64,000 nucleotides of DNA, taken from assembly GCA_958296135.2 (NCBI GenBank), contig CATQHZ020000001.1, positions 1,824,001 to 1,888,000 of the forward strand. Direction: 5' to 3'. Shown one piece after another: positions 1 through 9,255 of this stretch. The number at the start of each line of letters is the position of its first letter. The stretch's first letter is position 1. The position numbers and the translations under genes were made by a program. The notes under the pieces were generated by a model. That model was not told where the DNA came from. It did not search any database and saw only the letters and a program-made list of their open reading frames with translations. This stretch comes from an uncultured Poribacteria bacterium. Its GTDB lineage: Bacteria > Poribacteria > WGA-4E > WGA-3G.

Positions 1-3000
1 CTTTAGGGGTGTACTTGTCGCCCATGGCGAGGGCCCACCCTTTCATGACGGTGCCGGCGGCTTCCCAGACAGTGAAGCCGTGTTCCTGACAGACGCTCAG
101 CAGGCGAGTAGCGTATGCATCAACTTTTTCGACTTCGCCGCGGTACTGGTAAATCACGGTAGCGAAGTAGAGGAGCACGGCTTCGCTGAACGGATGCTTT
201 CTGTCTTGTCCAATCTTCTCTGCTTCCCGAATCCGCTGCACGGCTTGTTCGGGGTACCCGATGCACCACAACACTGGTGCGGAATAAGCGAGCAGCGTCA
301 TTCCTGGTTCTGCAACGTAGTGCAAGAAAGCGTGTTGTGGATGATAGTGCACAAGTCCTGCTTCAAGGTGAGTTAGTGCGTTTTTGAACTCGCTCAGGTA
401 GTAAAGTGTTGCGCCGAGGGCGCGGTGCGCCTCTACCTCAAACGCCTGGCTCCCCTGTTGCTTCGCAATCACGAGGCACTGTTCGCCCAATTCACGTGCG
501 GAAAGTAACCGTCCGCGCACGAGATAGGAGAGCCACAACCCGAACAGCACTGGGAAACGGAGTTTTTCGTATTTTTCGGACTGGAGCAAAGCGTGTGCAG
601 TCACGTTTCTTTGGGTAACGCTGTCATTACGGGCAGTCCGCCGGTCGGGCTCAGGGGCTCTTAACCTATCCGCGGCAGACCGGTTGTCTTGATAGGCGGG
701 CCCGGTGTCAATGACTACGTTCCTGGTGCTAAGAGTTGTGGCGGTATCCAGTTTATCCAAGAGTTCTCGGGCGCGGGTATAGGTTGTCTCTACCTCAACC
801 GAGGCGTACCCCTTTGTGGCGATGAGTGCGGGGCCGAGCGTGGTTTGGAGGACAAGTTCCCGTTGCGCGCGTTCCGGTGTCGCGGGCAGGGTTTTGAGTG
901 CAGCGAGCCCCTGCGTCAGAAAGCGAACACCTTCCACATTGGCGGAACGTTCTAATGCGCGCTGCCCTGCCTGCTGCCAATACTCGACGGCTCTTTCGGG
1001 GAGTCCGGCTTCTGTCCAATGGTGCGCGACAAGCTCTGGTTGCGCGTGCGCGATTGCGCCAAACTCCCGCGTCAACACGGTGGCAATCTGTCCGTGATAG
1101 TGCTGCCGCGTGCTTTTGAGCAGCGATTGATAGGCTGTCTCCCGAACAAGCGGATGCCTGAAGGTATAGAGTGTCTGTCTGTCGCCCGCGCCTGCCCTCT
1201 CCCGCCGGTCCAGAATATGTCCCGCCACGAGGGTGTCCAATCGGCTCTCCAGCGTCTCTGCGCCTTCCGGCGGAGTGTCCTCAAGTTCTCCTGCGGGCGG
1301 ATATAGAAATCCGCCCTTACCACTATGCAGGGCGACTTGATGGAGCAATTCGCCTGTCCATTCGCGTCCAAGCGTCGCACCGAGTTGGACAATCTCTTTG
1401 GCGGGGCCGAGCCTGTCCAACCGGGCTGTGAGGAGTGCTTGTAAGGTGGCAGGGATGTCTGTCGATATCGCTGCAGTTACGGACTCTTCTCCCTCCAGCA
1501 CCATCCGGGTGAGCTCTTCCACAAACAACGGCACGCCTTCTGTCATCTCGACAATCTGTCGCAGCGCGTTTGCTGGCACAGGCGTATCCCCAGCGAGGGT
1601 GCGAATCATCTCTTTCACTTGGCGGGGTGTCAAAGGTTTCAGGAAGAGCGTCGTCCATTTTCCGCTCCCACCCTGTAGCAGGGTGTCAAGTGCCTCCCGC
1701 TCTAAGGCAGCGTTTATCCTGTCTTCCGCCTGACCCGAGCTGTCTTGCTGTAGCACGCCATAATGCCCGGCAGACCGGCTGGTGAGCACCGTCAAAATCC
1801 GAGCGTTTTCGAGGTGCGCGATGAACAGAGTGAGCCACTCTGTGCTAGACGGATCGATCCAGTGCAAATCTTCGACGACAAAGAGCATGGGTTTGCGTTC
1901 AGCCACCTTGAGGAACACTTGCACGAGGATTTCCAACAGTTGCTGTCGCCGCTGTTCCGGACTGTTGGAAGTTACGCCCCCCAACGCATCGTTATGTCTG
2001 TCCAGGGGCTCAGTAGGCACCTCGAGCCACTCAGCGAGGAGGGCAAAGTTTCCATCTGTCCGCAGTTCTTCGGTGTCATTCAGGAAATCTTCCAACTTGG
2101 CTCGTCGGGTTTCCGGCGTATCGGTGCTGATAAATTGCAAAAGATGCTGCTGTAACAACGCCTTGATCGGATAGAGCGGACTATTCTGGTAATAAGGCGA
2201 ACCTCTGCATTCCATGATGCCGGCTTCCGCCTCAACGTATTCCTTCAACAGTTGAACGCACCGCGATTTTCCGATGCCGGCTTCGCCTTCAATGAGGAGT
2301 GCCTGGCCTTTGCCGTTGCAACTCTGCCGCCAGAGTTTCTTGAGAAGCTCAACTTCCTGCACTCGGCCGATAAAAGGGGTTAGCCCACTCTCGCGTGCAA
2401 CATCCAAGCGACTCTGGCGCGGAATTTCGCCGGATACATCGTAGAGTGCCACGGGCTGTGAAATGCCGCGGAGCGTGGAAGTGCCGAGTGCCTCGCAGGT
2501 AAAAAACCCTTGAACGAGTTGATGCGTGGTAGCCCCAATCACGATGCTGTTCGGGGCCGCCAAGTTTTGCACTTTCGCTGCGAGGTTCGGTGCTTGCCCG
2601 ACAATATCTATCGGCTCCGGCGCATTTTCTGCCGCCATGTGCCATACAACGACGAGGCCCGTTTCAATGCTGAGCCGCGCTCGGATGTCTACACCGAAGG
2701 TGGCGTGAAGAGAGGGATTGAGCGTGTCTATAGCAGCCACAATGCCTAATGCCGCTCTGACAGCGCGATGGGCAGCATCTTCATGCGCAATCGGGTAACC
2801 GAAGTAAACAAGGATGCCATCGCCGAAGTAGCGCGCGATATGGCCGTTTTGTGCCAGCACCACCTCCATAACGCAAGCACGATACGCCTCTAAGACGTTG
2901 CGGAGTTCTTCCGGATCCAACTTCTCTGTCAACGGCGTTGAGTCGACAATATCACAGAAGAGGACAGTGAGCTGACGGCGTTCCGCTTCTCCAGTCCGCG

Positions 3001-3211
3001 GATGAGGCCGCGCCCGCCCCCAAGAGGGATTTCGTATGGACTCCGTCCGGGCATGTTCGTAACTAGGAGAATGTGCCTCCCCAAAACTGTCACCTTGGCT
3101 GTTCATACAAAAAGCCGGCGTTTGTTCGACAGCGGAGAGGGACTTCCCACACTCGCCACAAAATTTAAACGGTGGATTGTCAAAACCGCAGTTGGGGCAT
3201 TGCTTGCTCAT
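1..3211 (-). CDS. Class III adenylate/guanylate cyclase with N-terminal zinc ribbon, AAA/STAND-type ATPase and C-terminal helical (TPR-like) region; runs off the left edge of the window
   Basis: Not in the ORF track, presumably because its stop is outside the window. Manual translation of segments from ATG 3211 in one frame: MSKQCPNCGFDNPPFKFCGECG (CxxC..CxxC), EAERRQLTVLFCDIVDS...FGDG (cyclase), GEAGIGKS (Walker A), IPATLQALLTARLDRL, YTFRHPLVRETAYQSLL, FPVLFGLW. The frame was checked in segments, not base by base. Confidence 0.88.
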   Translation of the reverse strand, partial: MSKQCPNCGFDNPPFKFCGECGKSLSAVEQTPAFCMNSQGDSFGEAHSPSYEHARTESIRNPSWGRARPHPRTGEAERRQLTVLFCDIVDSTPLTEKLDPEELRNVLEAYRACVMEVVLAQNGHIARYFGDGILVYFGYPIAHEDAAHRAVRAALGIVAAIDTLNPSLHATFGVDIRARLSIETGLVVVWHMAAENAPEPIDIVGQAPNLAAKVQNLAAPNSIVIGATTHQLVQGFFTCEALGTSTLRGISQPVALYDVSGEIPRQSRLDVARESGLTPFIGRVQEVELLKKLWRQSCNGKGQALLIEGEAGIGKSRCVQLLKEYVEAEAGIMECRGSPYYQNSPLYPIKALLQQHLLQFISTDTPETRRAKLEDFLNDTEELRTDGNFALLAEWLEVPTEPLDRHNDALGGVTSNSPEQRRQQLLEILVQVFLKVAERKPMLFVVEDLHWIDPSSTEWLTLFIAHLENARILTVLTSRSAGHYGVLQQDSSGQAEDRINAALEREALDTLLQGGSGKWTTLFLKPLTPRQVKEMIRTLAGDTPVPANALRQIVEMTEGVPLFVEELTRMVLEGEESVTAAISTDIPATLQALLTARLDRLGPAKEIVQLGATLGREWTGELLHQVALHSGKGGFLYPPAGELEDTPPEGAETLESRLDTLVAGHILDRRERAGAGDRQTLYTFRHPLVRETAYQSLLKSTRQHYHGQIATVLTREFGAIAHAQPELVAHHWTEAGLPERAVEYWQQAGQRALERSANVEGVRFLTQGLAALKTLPATPERAQRELVLQTTLGPALIATKGYASVEVETTYTRARELLDKLDTATTLSTRNVVIDTGPAYQDNRSAADRLRAPEPDRRTARNDSVTQRNVTAHALLQSEKYEKLRFPVLFGLWLSYLVRGRLLSARELGEQCLVIAKQQGSQAFEVEAHRALGATLYYLSEFKNALTHLEAGLVHYHPQHAFLHYVAEPGMTLLAYSAPVLWCIGYPEQAVQRIREAEKIGQDRKHPFSEAVLLYFATVIYQYRGEVEKVDAYATRLLSVCQEHGFTVWEAAGTVMKGWALAMGDKYTPK

Positions 3212-3215
3212 AGTG

Positions 3216-3932
3216 CTATTTTCTGAATTGAATCAGATATTCCTCAAGCTCCGCATCGCGCGGATCGAGTTTATACGCCTCTTGATAATAGTCAATCGCC
3301 TTGTCTGTCCTGCCTACCTTCATGTAAAAGGAGCCGAGGTTGCGATAGGCGACGCTATGCGTGGGTTTCAGATCCAAGGTACGCAAAAAGTGGTCGCGGG
3401 CTTTCAAAAGAAAAACCTTAGTCTGTCCGATGAGAATGTTGAGAGAAGTCTCGTTCTCCCATCGTTCTCGATAGACTTCGCCGCCGAGTGCCTTCGCCGC
3501 TGCTTCCAGCGCGTTGGCGATAGCATCATCGCGCGTTTTCAGGTTAATGATGCCCGATGCCGTCTGTTCAAGTGCTACGCGGAGTTCGGCGAGCGCGTCG
3601 TCGGTAGAACCGCCGATGATGTCTTTTTGCCAAGAAGGCCACTCCGGGCCGGCGTATTTGATGCCCTGCTGATAATAGACTGCCCCGAGGTCATTGTAGA
3701 TTTCGGCGTTTTCGGGACGCATCTTGAGTGCCACCGCGTAAAGTTGAATGGCCTGTTCATACTTTCCGGCTTTGAAAGCGTCTTTGGCATCGGAGCGGAG
3801 CTGCTTGAACTCCTCGCTTTCCAAGTTGACAGCGATACCCAAGTCCGGCTTATCTCTGCCGAAGAAATAGATTCCGCCGATGAGCAAGATGGCGATGCAG
3901 ACAGCGATGAGTGTCGGTAATTGCAATTTCAT
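3216..3932 (-). CDS. Membrane-anchored tetratricopeptide repeat protein
   Basis: N-terminal hydrophobic anchor; TPR motifs (YEQAIQLYAVALKMRPENAEIYNDLG; AYRNLGSFYMKVGRTDKAIDYYQEAYKLDP). Confidence 0.85.
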   Translation of the reverse strand: MKLQLPTLIAVCIAILLIGGIYFFGRDKPDLGIAVNLESEEFKQLRSDAKDAFKAGKYEQAIQLYAVALKMRPENAEIYNDLGAVYYQQGIKYAGPEWPSWQKDIIGGSTDDALAELRVALEQTASGIINLKTRDDAIANALEAAAKALGGEVYRERWENETSLNILIGQTKVFLLKARDHFLRTLDLKPTHSVAYRNLGSFYMKVGRTDKAIDYYQEAYKLDPRDAELEEYLIQFRK

Positions 3933-4020
3933 TTTTCGTATTTCCTAGCGGTTGTCCAGCGGTATCTGTAAAGACAGCCTCTGATTCCCAGGTCTTCTTG
4001 ATGTCGTCAAGACTTACGTT
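3931..4020 (+). repeat. Intergenic element family A, copy 1
   Basis: TTTTTCGTATTTCCTAGCGGTTGT ... CCCAGGTCTTCTTGATGTCGTCAAGACTTACGTT; homologous to copies at 9005, 11031 and 28497. Confidence 0.7.
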
Positions 4021-4152
4021 AGTATTGGCATTGAGCGTATCGGCAACTTCGCCGTGCGCGCTTTGGGCAACGCATCTCCCGCGTAAGCGGCATACGCCGA
4101 GACAACTCCCTTGCCAAGCCAAACGTGAACGCTTGGCACCTATATAAAACAC

Positions 4153-5760
4153 CTATCTCCGCCGAGAGTTTCTATTAAAAGTGACGATGATAGTTTGCGG
4201 TTCCCCATTTCGCTCAAAATAGAGCCGAATTCTGCGTTGTACGCGGATTTGTTTGTCTATCATTTTAAAGAGCTCAAGCGAGTGAATTTTCCGGTTGCCA
4301 ATCTGATAAATAAAATCGCCGCGCTTGAGCCCATTCGCCAATCCACTCTCCTTCTCAACGCGTGTGATAATCACGCCGGGCTGTCTGTATTGCCGCGCCA
4401 TTTTTAGGTCAGGCTGTTCCAGCGTGAGTCCCCACCCGTTCGGCGTGTACTGGAATTGCCGGGTTCTGAGGCGCAGTGTCGTTCGCCGCTTCTTTCGCTT
4501 TCGGAGGAACTCACACGAAATATCTTGGTTGAGCGGGAGCAGCCGCGCTACCGCCTGAAAGCTGTCTTCATTCCGGATGCGTTGCGCCGCCATCGTGAGA
4601 ATAACATCGCCGCGCTGAATACCAGCCTTCGCAGCCGGACTCCGCTTTTCTATGTCGGATACTAGAACGCCGATGTGGGTTTCAGCTGCATTTCCCAGAA
4701 GTTTTTCTGCCAATTCCTCCGTTACAGGTTGAATTTCCATACCAATGTCAGGCGGAATTACCGTGCCATACGCGGTAAGCTGTTGGATAACCTTCTTTGC
4801 TTTGTTCACAGGAATCGCGAACCCTACGCCTTGCGAACCGCCGCTCGTTGACTTGATAACGGTGTTGATGCCAATGAGCTGCCCGTGCATGTTGACAAGG
4901 GCACCGCCGCTGTTTCCGGGATTAATGGACGCGTCTGTCTGAATCAAGTCTTCACGGAACCTATTTTTGACAGGAAGCGTGCGTTGCGTTGCACTGATAA
5001 TCCCAATTGTCACCGTCGGTTGTGCATCGCCTATGGCTAAGCCAAAAGGATTTCCGATGGCGACTGCCCACTCGCCAATCAGGAGGTTATCTGAATCGCC
5101 CCACTCAATCTGCTGAAGCGGGCTTTCGTCGTGGCCCAAAGCGTTCGGCGAGCGCTGCCGGTCTTTTGACGTTTCTTCACTAGTGCCGCTGGCTACGTTG
5201 TAGCGAGCTCGGTTCCCGATGCTATTTTTGCCGGAGTCCGTGTCAATCTCTAACAGCGCAAGATCGGAAAGGTAGTCGTAGCCGAGCAGATAAGCGTCAA
5301 ATTCGCGTCCATCGGAGACCGCGACCCGGATGTTATCGGCATCTTCGATGACATGATGGTTGGTAAGGATTTTTGTGTGGGTGCAGGAAATAACCTCCCT
5401 CTTCTTCGTGACGTTGATCTGACAAACCGTGGCGGTTCCCTGCAACGACGGAAGAGCACCAATTACAATCCCTGAACCAACCTCGCGCAATGAACGCCAC
5501 CGCGGGTATGGCAGCATCTCGCCCCCGAAAAACCATTCCTCAAATGAAGTTCGCTGTTCAACAATCCGAGTTGCACTGATATTGACGACAGCGGGGCTCG
5601 CGCGCGCAACCGCATTGACGATAGCCGTTCGCCGAGATGCCTCTGCCGCTAACGTTCCTTGCGTGAATCCCGGTGGAACGATGAAAAGAGACAAGAGTAA
5701 CGATAAAATTATGCTTTTCTGTTTTTCGCGACGCGTTCGGCAATGGTTTCTTGTCATCAT
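4153..5760 (-). CDS. HtrA/DegP-family serine protease with two PDZ domains
   Basis: ILTNHHV (His), DLALL (Asp), QTDASINPGNSGGAL (Ser) and PDZ segments. Start placed at ATG 5760 behind AAGGA. Two unusual insertions in the protease domain. Confidence 0.92.
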   Translation of the reverse strand: MMTRNHCRTRREKQKSIILSLLLSLFIVPPGFTQGTLAAEASRRTAIVNAVARASPAVVNISATRIVEQRTSFEEWFFGGEMLPYPRWRSLREVGSGIVIGALPSLQGTATVCQINVTKKREVISCTHTKILTNHHVIEDADNIRVAVSDGREFDAYLLGYDYLSDLALLEIDTDSGKNSIGNRARYNVASGTSEETSKDRQRSPNALGHDESPLQQIEWGDSDNLLIGEWAVAIGNPFGLAIGDAQPTVTIGIISATQRTLPVKNRFREDLIQTDASINPGNSGGALVNMHGQLIGINTVIKSTSGGSQGVGFAIPVNKAKKVIQQLTAYGTVIPPDIGMEIQPVTEELAEKLLGNAAETHIGVLVSDIEKRSPAAKAGIQRGDVILTMAAQRIRNEDSFQAVARLLPLNQDISCEFLRKRKKRRTTLRLRTRQFQYTPNGWGLTLEQPDLKMARQYRQPGVIITRVEKESGLANGLKRGDFIYQIGNRKIHSLELFKMIDKQIRVQRRIRLYFERNGEPQTIIVTFNRNSRRR

Positions 5761-5852
5761 GCTGTTTCCTTCCCAGGTTGTCTCCACAGTCGTCCGCCGG
5801 TCGGATCGCTTGGCTTGAGAGACGTGCCCGTTGTCAAGTCCTCCGTTTTCGA

Positions 5853-7244
5853 TTACCCGGCCGGATCCTGCGTCAATTTCAGCGAGATGCGATAGCCTTC
5901 TAGGCCCGGGTCGGTGTCAACAATTTTCTGGACTTCTGCCTGGCTCCGCCGTTTTGCCGGGAAGTCATCGGCATTCGCGCACCGGAGTGCTATCCGCGCG
6001 CCGATTGCGCTGGCGGCGCGTAGGTTTTCCAACCTCACTTTTTCCAACGTATCATAGGCGGTATGCCCGAATCCTCTGCCGGAGGGTGGTGCACCCGGGT
6101 CGCCGATGTGACTTGAAGGCACGCCTTTCAGGAAAAACGGAAAATGATCCGAGTAGGAATGCACCTTTTGTCCAACTGGCACCTCCGCGTTCAATTGCGC
6201 GGCCGCTTCCTGAAAAAAGGGTTCAAGCGTCTGCCATTGATGCAGGACAATTCCCTTACGGCTTGCGCCGCCAGCGGCATCCATATTCAGCATGAACCGC
6301 ACGCTATCCAATTCGGATGTGTGCGCATCGACATACCGAAACGCTCCTGTTAGTCCAATCTCTTCGGTGCCGAAGGCGATAAACCTGACGGTGCGCTTGA
6401 GCGAACCGGCGGTGTAGGCAGACAGCACGCGCGCCGCCTCTATCACCGATACCATGCCGGAGGCAGGATCGTGCGCACCTTGCGAGATGTCGTGTCCATC
6501 GTAGTGGCATCCGAGAATCACCATTTCGTTGCGATGGCGGCCGCTCCCCGGCAAATCGGCAATGACATTCCACGATGTGCGGGGTTCGTTGACATCCGTG
6601 GTTCGGAGTTTCAAATTTACCTTTCGGTGACGTGCGAGTAATCGCAGTAAAAATTCGCCATCCTCTTTGCAAACGGAGATGCCGGGGATGGGTGCTGCCC
6701 GGTCGTTCTGCAGGCTACCTGTTTCGGGGCCGACCCCGGGGTGTTCGCTGACGAAAATAAAGGCACTCGCGCCGCCGAGCACCGCTCGCTCAAATTTCTC
6801 CTTCCGATGCACCCATCTGCCCAAGTCGGGTGGCGAAGAGCTCTGCGCCATGACGAGTTTCCCGGCACTGGCATCGCCGAGAGCACTGTACTCCGCGGGG
6901 CTGCCACATCCAGCGGAAATGAGCTCACCGGTGATGTCTCCCGCCGGGCAGTAAGGGAGCGAAATGCAGTGCAGCGCACGTTGCATCGGCTCAAGAATCT
7001 CTAACCTCGCCGTGCCGCGCGTCCAGCCAGCATACGGATACTCTTCAAGTTTGACGCTCTGGAGTCCGTAGTATTTAAAGCGTTCGGCGATGAAGTTCGC
7101 GGCTGCGTATTCCTCCGGCGTTCCTGCGAATCGTGAACCGTAGTCGTCGCATAAAACCGTCAAGTTCTCCATCACTTCTTGAGACGTGTAAATGTCGCCG
7201 ACCAGCTGCCGGTCGAGTTGTAAATAAGGATTCGTTTTGCTCAT
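5853..7244 (-). CDS. M28-family metallo-aminopeptidase with PA domain
   Basis: ILGCHYDGHD, GAHDPASG, FGTEEIGLTG, NMD and SDHFPF motifs. Confidence 0.9.
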   Translation of the reverse strand: MSKTNPYLQLDRQLVGDIYTSQEVMENLTVLCDDYGSRFAGTPEEYAAANFIAERFKYYGLQSVKLEEYPYAGWTRGTARLEILEPMQRALHCISLPYCPAGDITGELISAGCGSPAEYSALGDASAGKLVMAQSSSPPDLGRWVHRKEKFERAVLGGASAFIFVSEHPGVGPETGSLQNDRAAPIPGISVCKEDGEFLLRLLARHRKVNLKLRTTDVNEPRTSWNVIADLPGSGRHRNEMVILGCHYDGHDISQGAHDPASGMVSVIEAARVLSAYTAGSLKRTVRFIAFGTEEIGLTGAFRYVDAHTSELDSVRFMLNMDAAGGASRKGIVLHQWQTLEPFFQEAAAQLNAEVPVGQKVHSYSDHFPFFLKGVPSSHIGDPGAPPSGRGFGHTAYDTLEKVRLENLRAASAIGARIALRCANADDFPAKRRSQAEVQKIVDTDPGLEGYRISLKLTQDPAG

Positions 7245-7384
7245 GTTTATCCTATAACCATTTGTCCCTCAAGGGGTTCTTTCGTATGATTGCAGAAAAT
7301 AACGTCACCTTTCGCAGTAGCGTTTTACCACAAGAGCCGTTCGTTCCTGCGACAACAGAAAAATGGCATAAAAAGGAGAGGCAC

Positions 7385-8341
7385 CTATGTCTGCATCGTC
7401 GCGCCTGGGCTTCGCGTACCCTCTTGCAGCGTTTCTGCTTGCGCGGCGGAAGTGTCTTGCGGTGTCCGCGGAAAGGTTCTCATTCGTGAACCCGCGATCT
7501 TTTTCAGCTGCCACGTATCCAGGATTTGGATGCGCCGAAACCGCTTTTTAATGATATGATGCCGCTGGAATTGCTCCAAGAGCTCTTCCATTTCCTCCTC
7601 CGAGCTCCCGATTAACCGTGAAAACGCCTTTGTAGAGAACTTGCAAGTCCACACCGTGCCAGCGGGTAGCGGCGGCCTTGCGTAGTGCTGAAGAAGTAAG
7701 GCCAGCCGAGATGCAGGCGACCGGAAGGCGACATTGCTCAATGTGTTGGTAACTTCCGACCGGCGAGTTTTTTGGACGGCGCAAGCGTGATAAATGAAAC
7801 GCTGGGCTTGAAACGGAGCAGTCTTTTCACGAAGCCTTGCGGACGACATAAATCCTCGCCCTCCGTGCTGCTGACGGACTTCGGCACAGCGGGGGACAGG
7901 CCCTCGCGCGACAAAGGGTTTGAACACTTGCTGGATAAGCGTGCTGAAGTTTTTTGTTCGCATCGGCATAGCCAAATGCGGTTTCCGTTTTAAGAAAAAC
8001 ATGAAATTCCGCACGCTGATAACTCCGATGACACTCTCCGTAATCGCCTCGGCGGTGACGTTTGAAAGTTCGTCGTCTTCTTCCCACGCGACTGCGCCGA
8101 AAACTTCGCCAGATGTGAGCACTTCCAAGGTGATTGGCTCGGCCTCCTCAAGCGGGGTTTCATAGATTTTGACGCGTCCCTCCTTGAGCAGATAAACGCC
8201 TTCTGCACAGAGAGGCTCTCCGATTTTGAAACGTTTGAAGGCGGTTATCTGGGCCAGCGCGTCCGCGTCTGCATCGGCGAGCGCGCGGAAGATATCAATC
8301 TGTTTGATGCACCAGAATCGCTCTGGGACGAAATTTTTCAT
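7385..8341 (-). CDS. Crp/Fnr-family transcriptional regulator
   Basis: cNMP-binding beta-roll (GVYLLKEGRVKIY...GEVFG) and C-terminal HTH (SRLALLL...SRLIGSSEE...). Long insertion between the two domains. Confidence 0.8.
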   Translation of the reverse strand: MKNFVPERFWCIKQIDIFRALADADADALAQITAFKRFKIGEPLCAEGVYLLKEGRVKIYETPLEEAEPITLEVLTSGEVFGAVAWEEDDELSNVTAEAITESVIGVISVRNFMFFLKRKPHLAMPMRTKNFSTLIQQVFKPFVARGPVPRCAEVRQQHGGRGFMSSARLREKTAPFQAQRFIYHACAVQKTRRSEVTNTLSNVAFRSPASRLALLLQHYARPPLPAGTVWTCKFSTKAFSRLIGSSEEEMEELLEQFQRHHIIKKRFRRIQILDTWQLKKIAGSRMRTFPRTPQDTSAAQAETLQEGTRSPGATMQT

Positions 8342-8931
8342 CAGTTTTCAGATTTATCAGGAAACGCAACGTGGCGATAGATGTGCTTCAAGGGCAGCTT
8401 GCATTCAACCGACACGATGGGTAGCACATCCTCAATGTCCCGGAATTCGGTCAAGAGCCACTGCGGGCCTTGGCGGAGATAGTGCTCAACGTGAACGCTA
8501 TCCTGTGAAATGAGGATGTATTCTTGGAGCGATGCCAGCTGCCGATACTGCGCGAATTTCTCGCCTCTGTCACGGGCTTCAGTTGAAGGCGAAAGCACTT
8601 CAATCACAACCGCCGGGTTAAGAAGAGTGTCAAAGACATCATCCTCAAAGCGAGCTGGACCGCAGACAACAAGGATATCTGGGTACAAATAGGAATCCGC
8701 TCCCCCGGCTCTGACACGCAGATCCCCGGCGTAGAGACTATACTCCAGGTCATCCAACAAGTTACCGAGCCTCAGAATTATATTTACTGTGATGCGATTA
8801 TGCGCTCTGCTTGCTCCGGACATTGCAATTATCGCTCTGTTAAGGTATTCGTTTTTAAAATCCGCCTTGCGCTCCCAAGCGAGGTATTCGGCCGGGGTTA
8901 AGTGCGTTGGGGCTGCAACAGGTAATGACAT
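8341..8931 (-). CDS. Uma2-family (DUF820) putative endonuclease
   Basis: LTPAEYLAWE, YPDILVVC, VIEVLSPSTEARDRGEKF, LQEYILISQD. Confidence 0.92.
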   Translation of the reverse strand: MSLPVAAPTHLTPAEYLAWERKADFKNEYLNRAIIAMSGASRAHNRITVNIILRLGNLLDDLEYSLYAGDLRVRAGGADSYLYPDILVVCGPARFEDDVFDTLLNPAVVIEVLSPSTEARDRGEKFAQYRQLASLQEYILISQDSVHVEHYLRQGPQWLLTEFRDIEDVLPIVSVECKLPLKHIYRHVAFPDKSEN

Positions 8932-8975
8932 GACTGCCTCCTTAAACGCGTTTTCGTTTGAGTTAACCGATTAAC

Positions 8976-9004
8976 ATTTTAACGTAAAACGCATTAAAAT
9001 TCAA
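8976..9004 (-). promoter_or_regulatory. sigma70-type promoter for the Uma2-crp genes
   Basis: Minus strand TTGAAT-17 nt-TAAAAT, about 45 nt upstream of ATG 8931. Confidence 0.6.
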
Positions 9005-9245
9005 GTTTTTTGTATTTCCTAGCGGTAGTTTGGCTGCGTGGAGTCTGATGAGGTTGCCTCAGCAGGCCGACTTGACGGTAGTCAGTCGCTCTGCCGGTCA
9101 CGCCTATGGAAAACTGCGTACAGTAGGGAAACCGTCGATCTGACGAGGCAGCTCAACTGTCTTGATAGACGTGACCGTTGCATCGCATAAGCAAACTACC
9201 TTATTCTTATCAGACCGATTGTCTTGATAGACGTGACCGTGGCAC
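9005..9245 (+). repeat. Intergenic element family A, copy 2, with internal direct repeat TGTCTTGATAGACGTGACCGT (x2)
   Basis: TTTTTTGTATTTCCTAGCGGT start; hairpin CGACTTGAC-GGTA-GTCAGTCG; TGTCTTGATAGACGTGACCGT at ~9158 and ~9220; partial inverted copy CGGTCACGCCTAT at ~9095. Confidence 0.7.
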
Positions 9246-9255
9246 CACCTAAGTA

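Noticed and set aside
80-3000. Numerous short plus-strand and alternative-frame ORFs in the track
   Set aside because: They are shadows of the long minus-strand cyclase gene; the same applies to most antisense ORFs across the window.
9040-9170. Possible hammerhead ribozymes (CTGATGAG at ~9044, CTGACGAG at ~9140, each followed by a short stem)
   Set aside because: Neither stem is followed by the required GAAA; the region is better explained as the family-A repeat.
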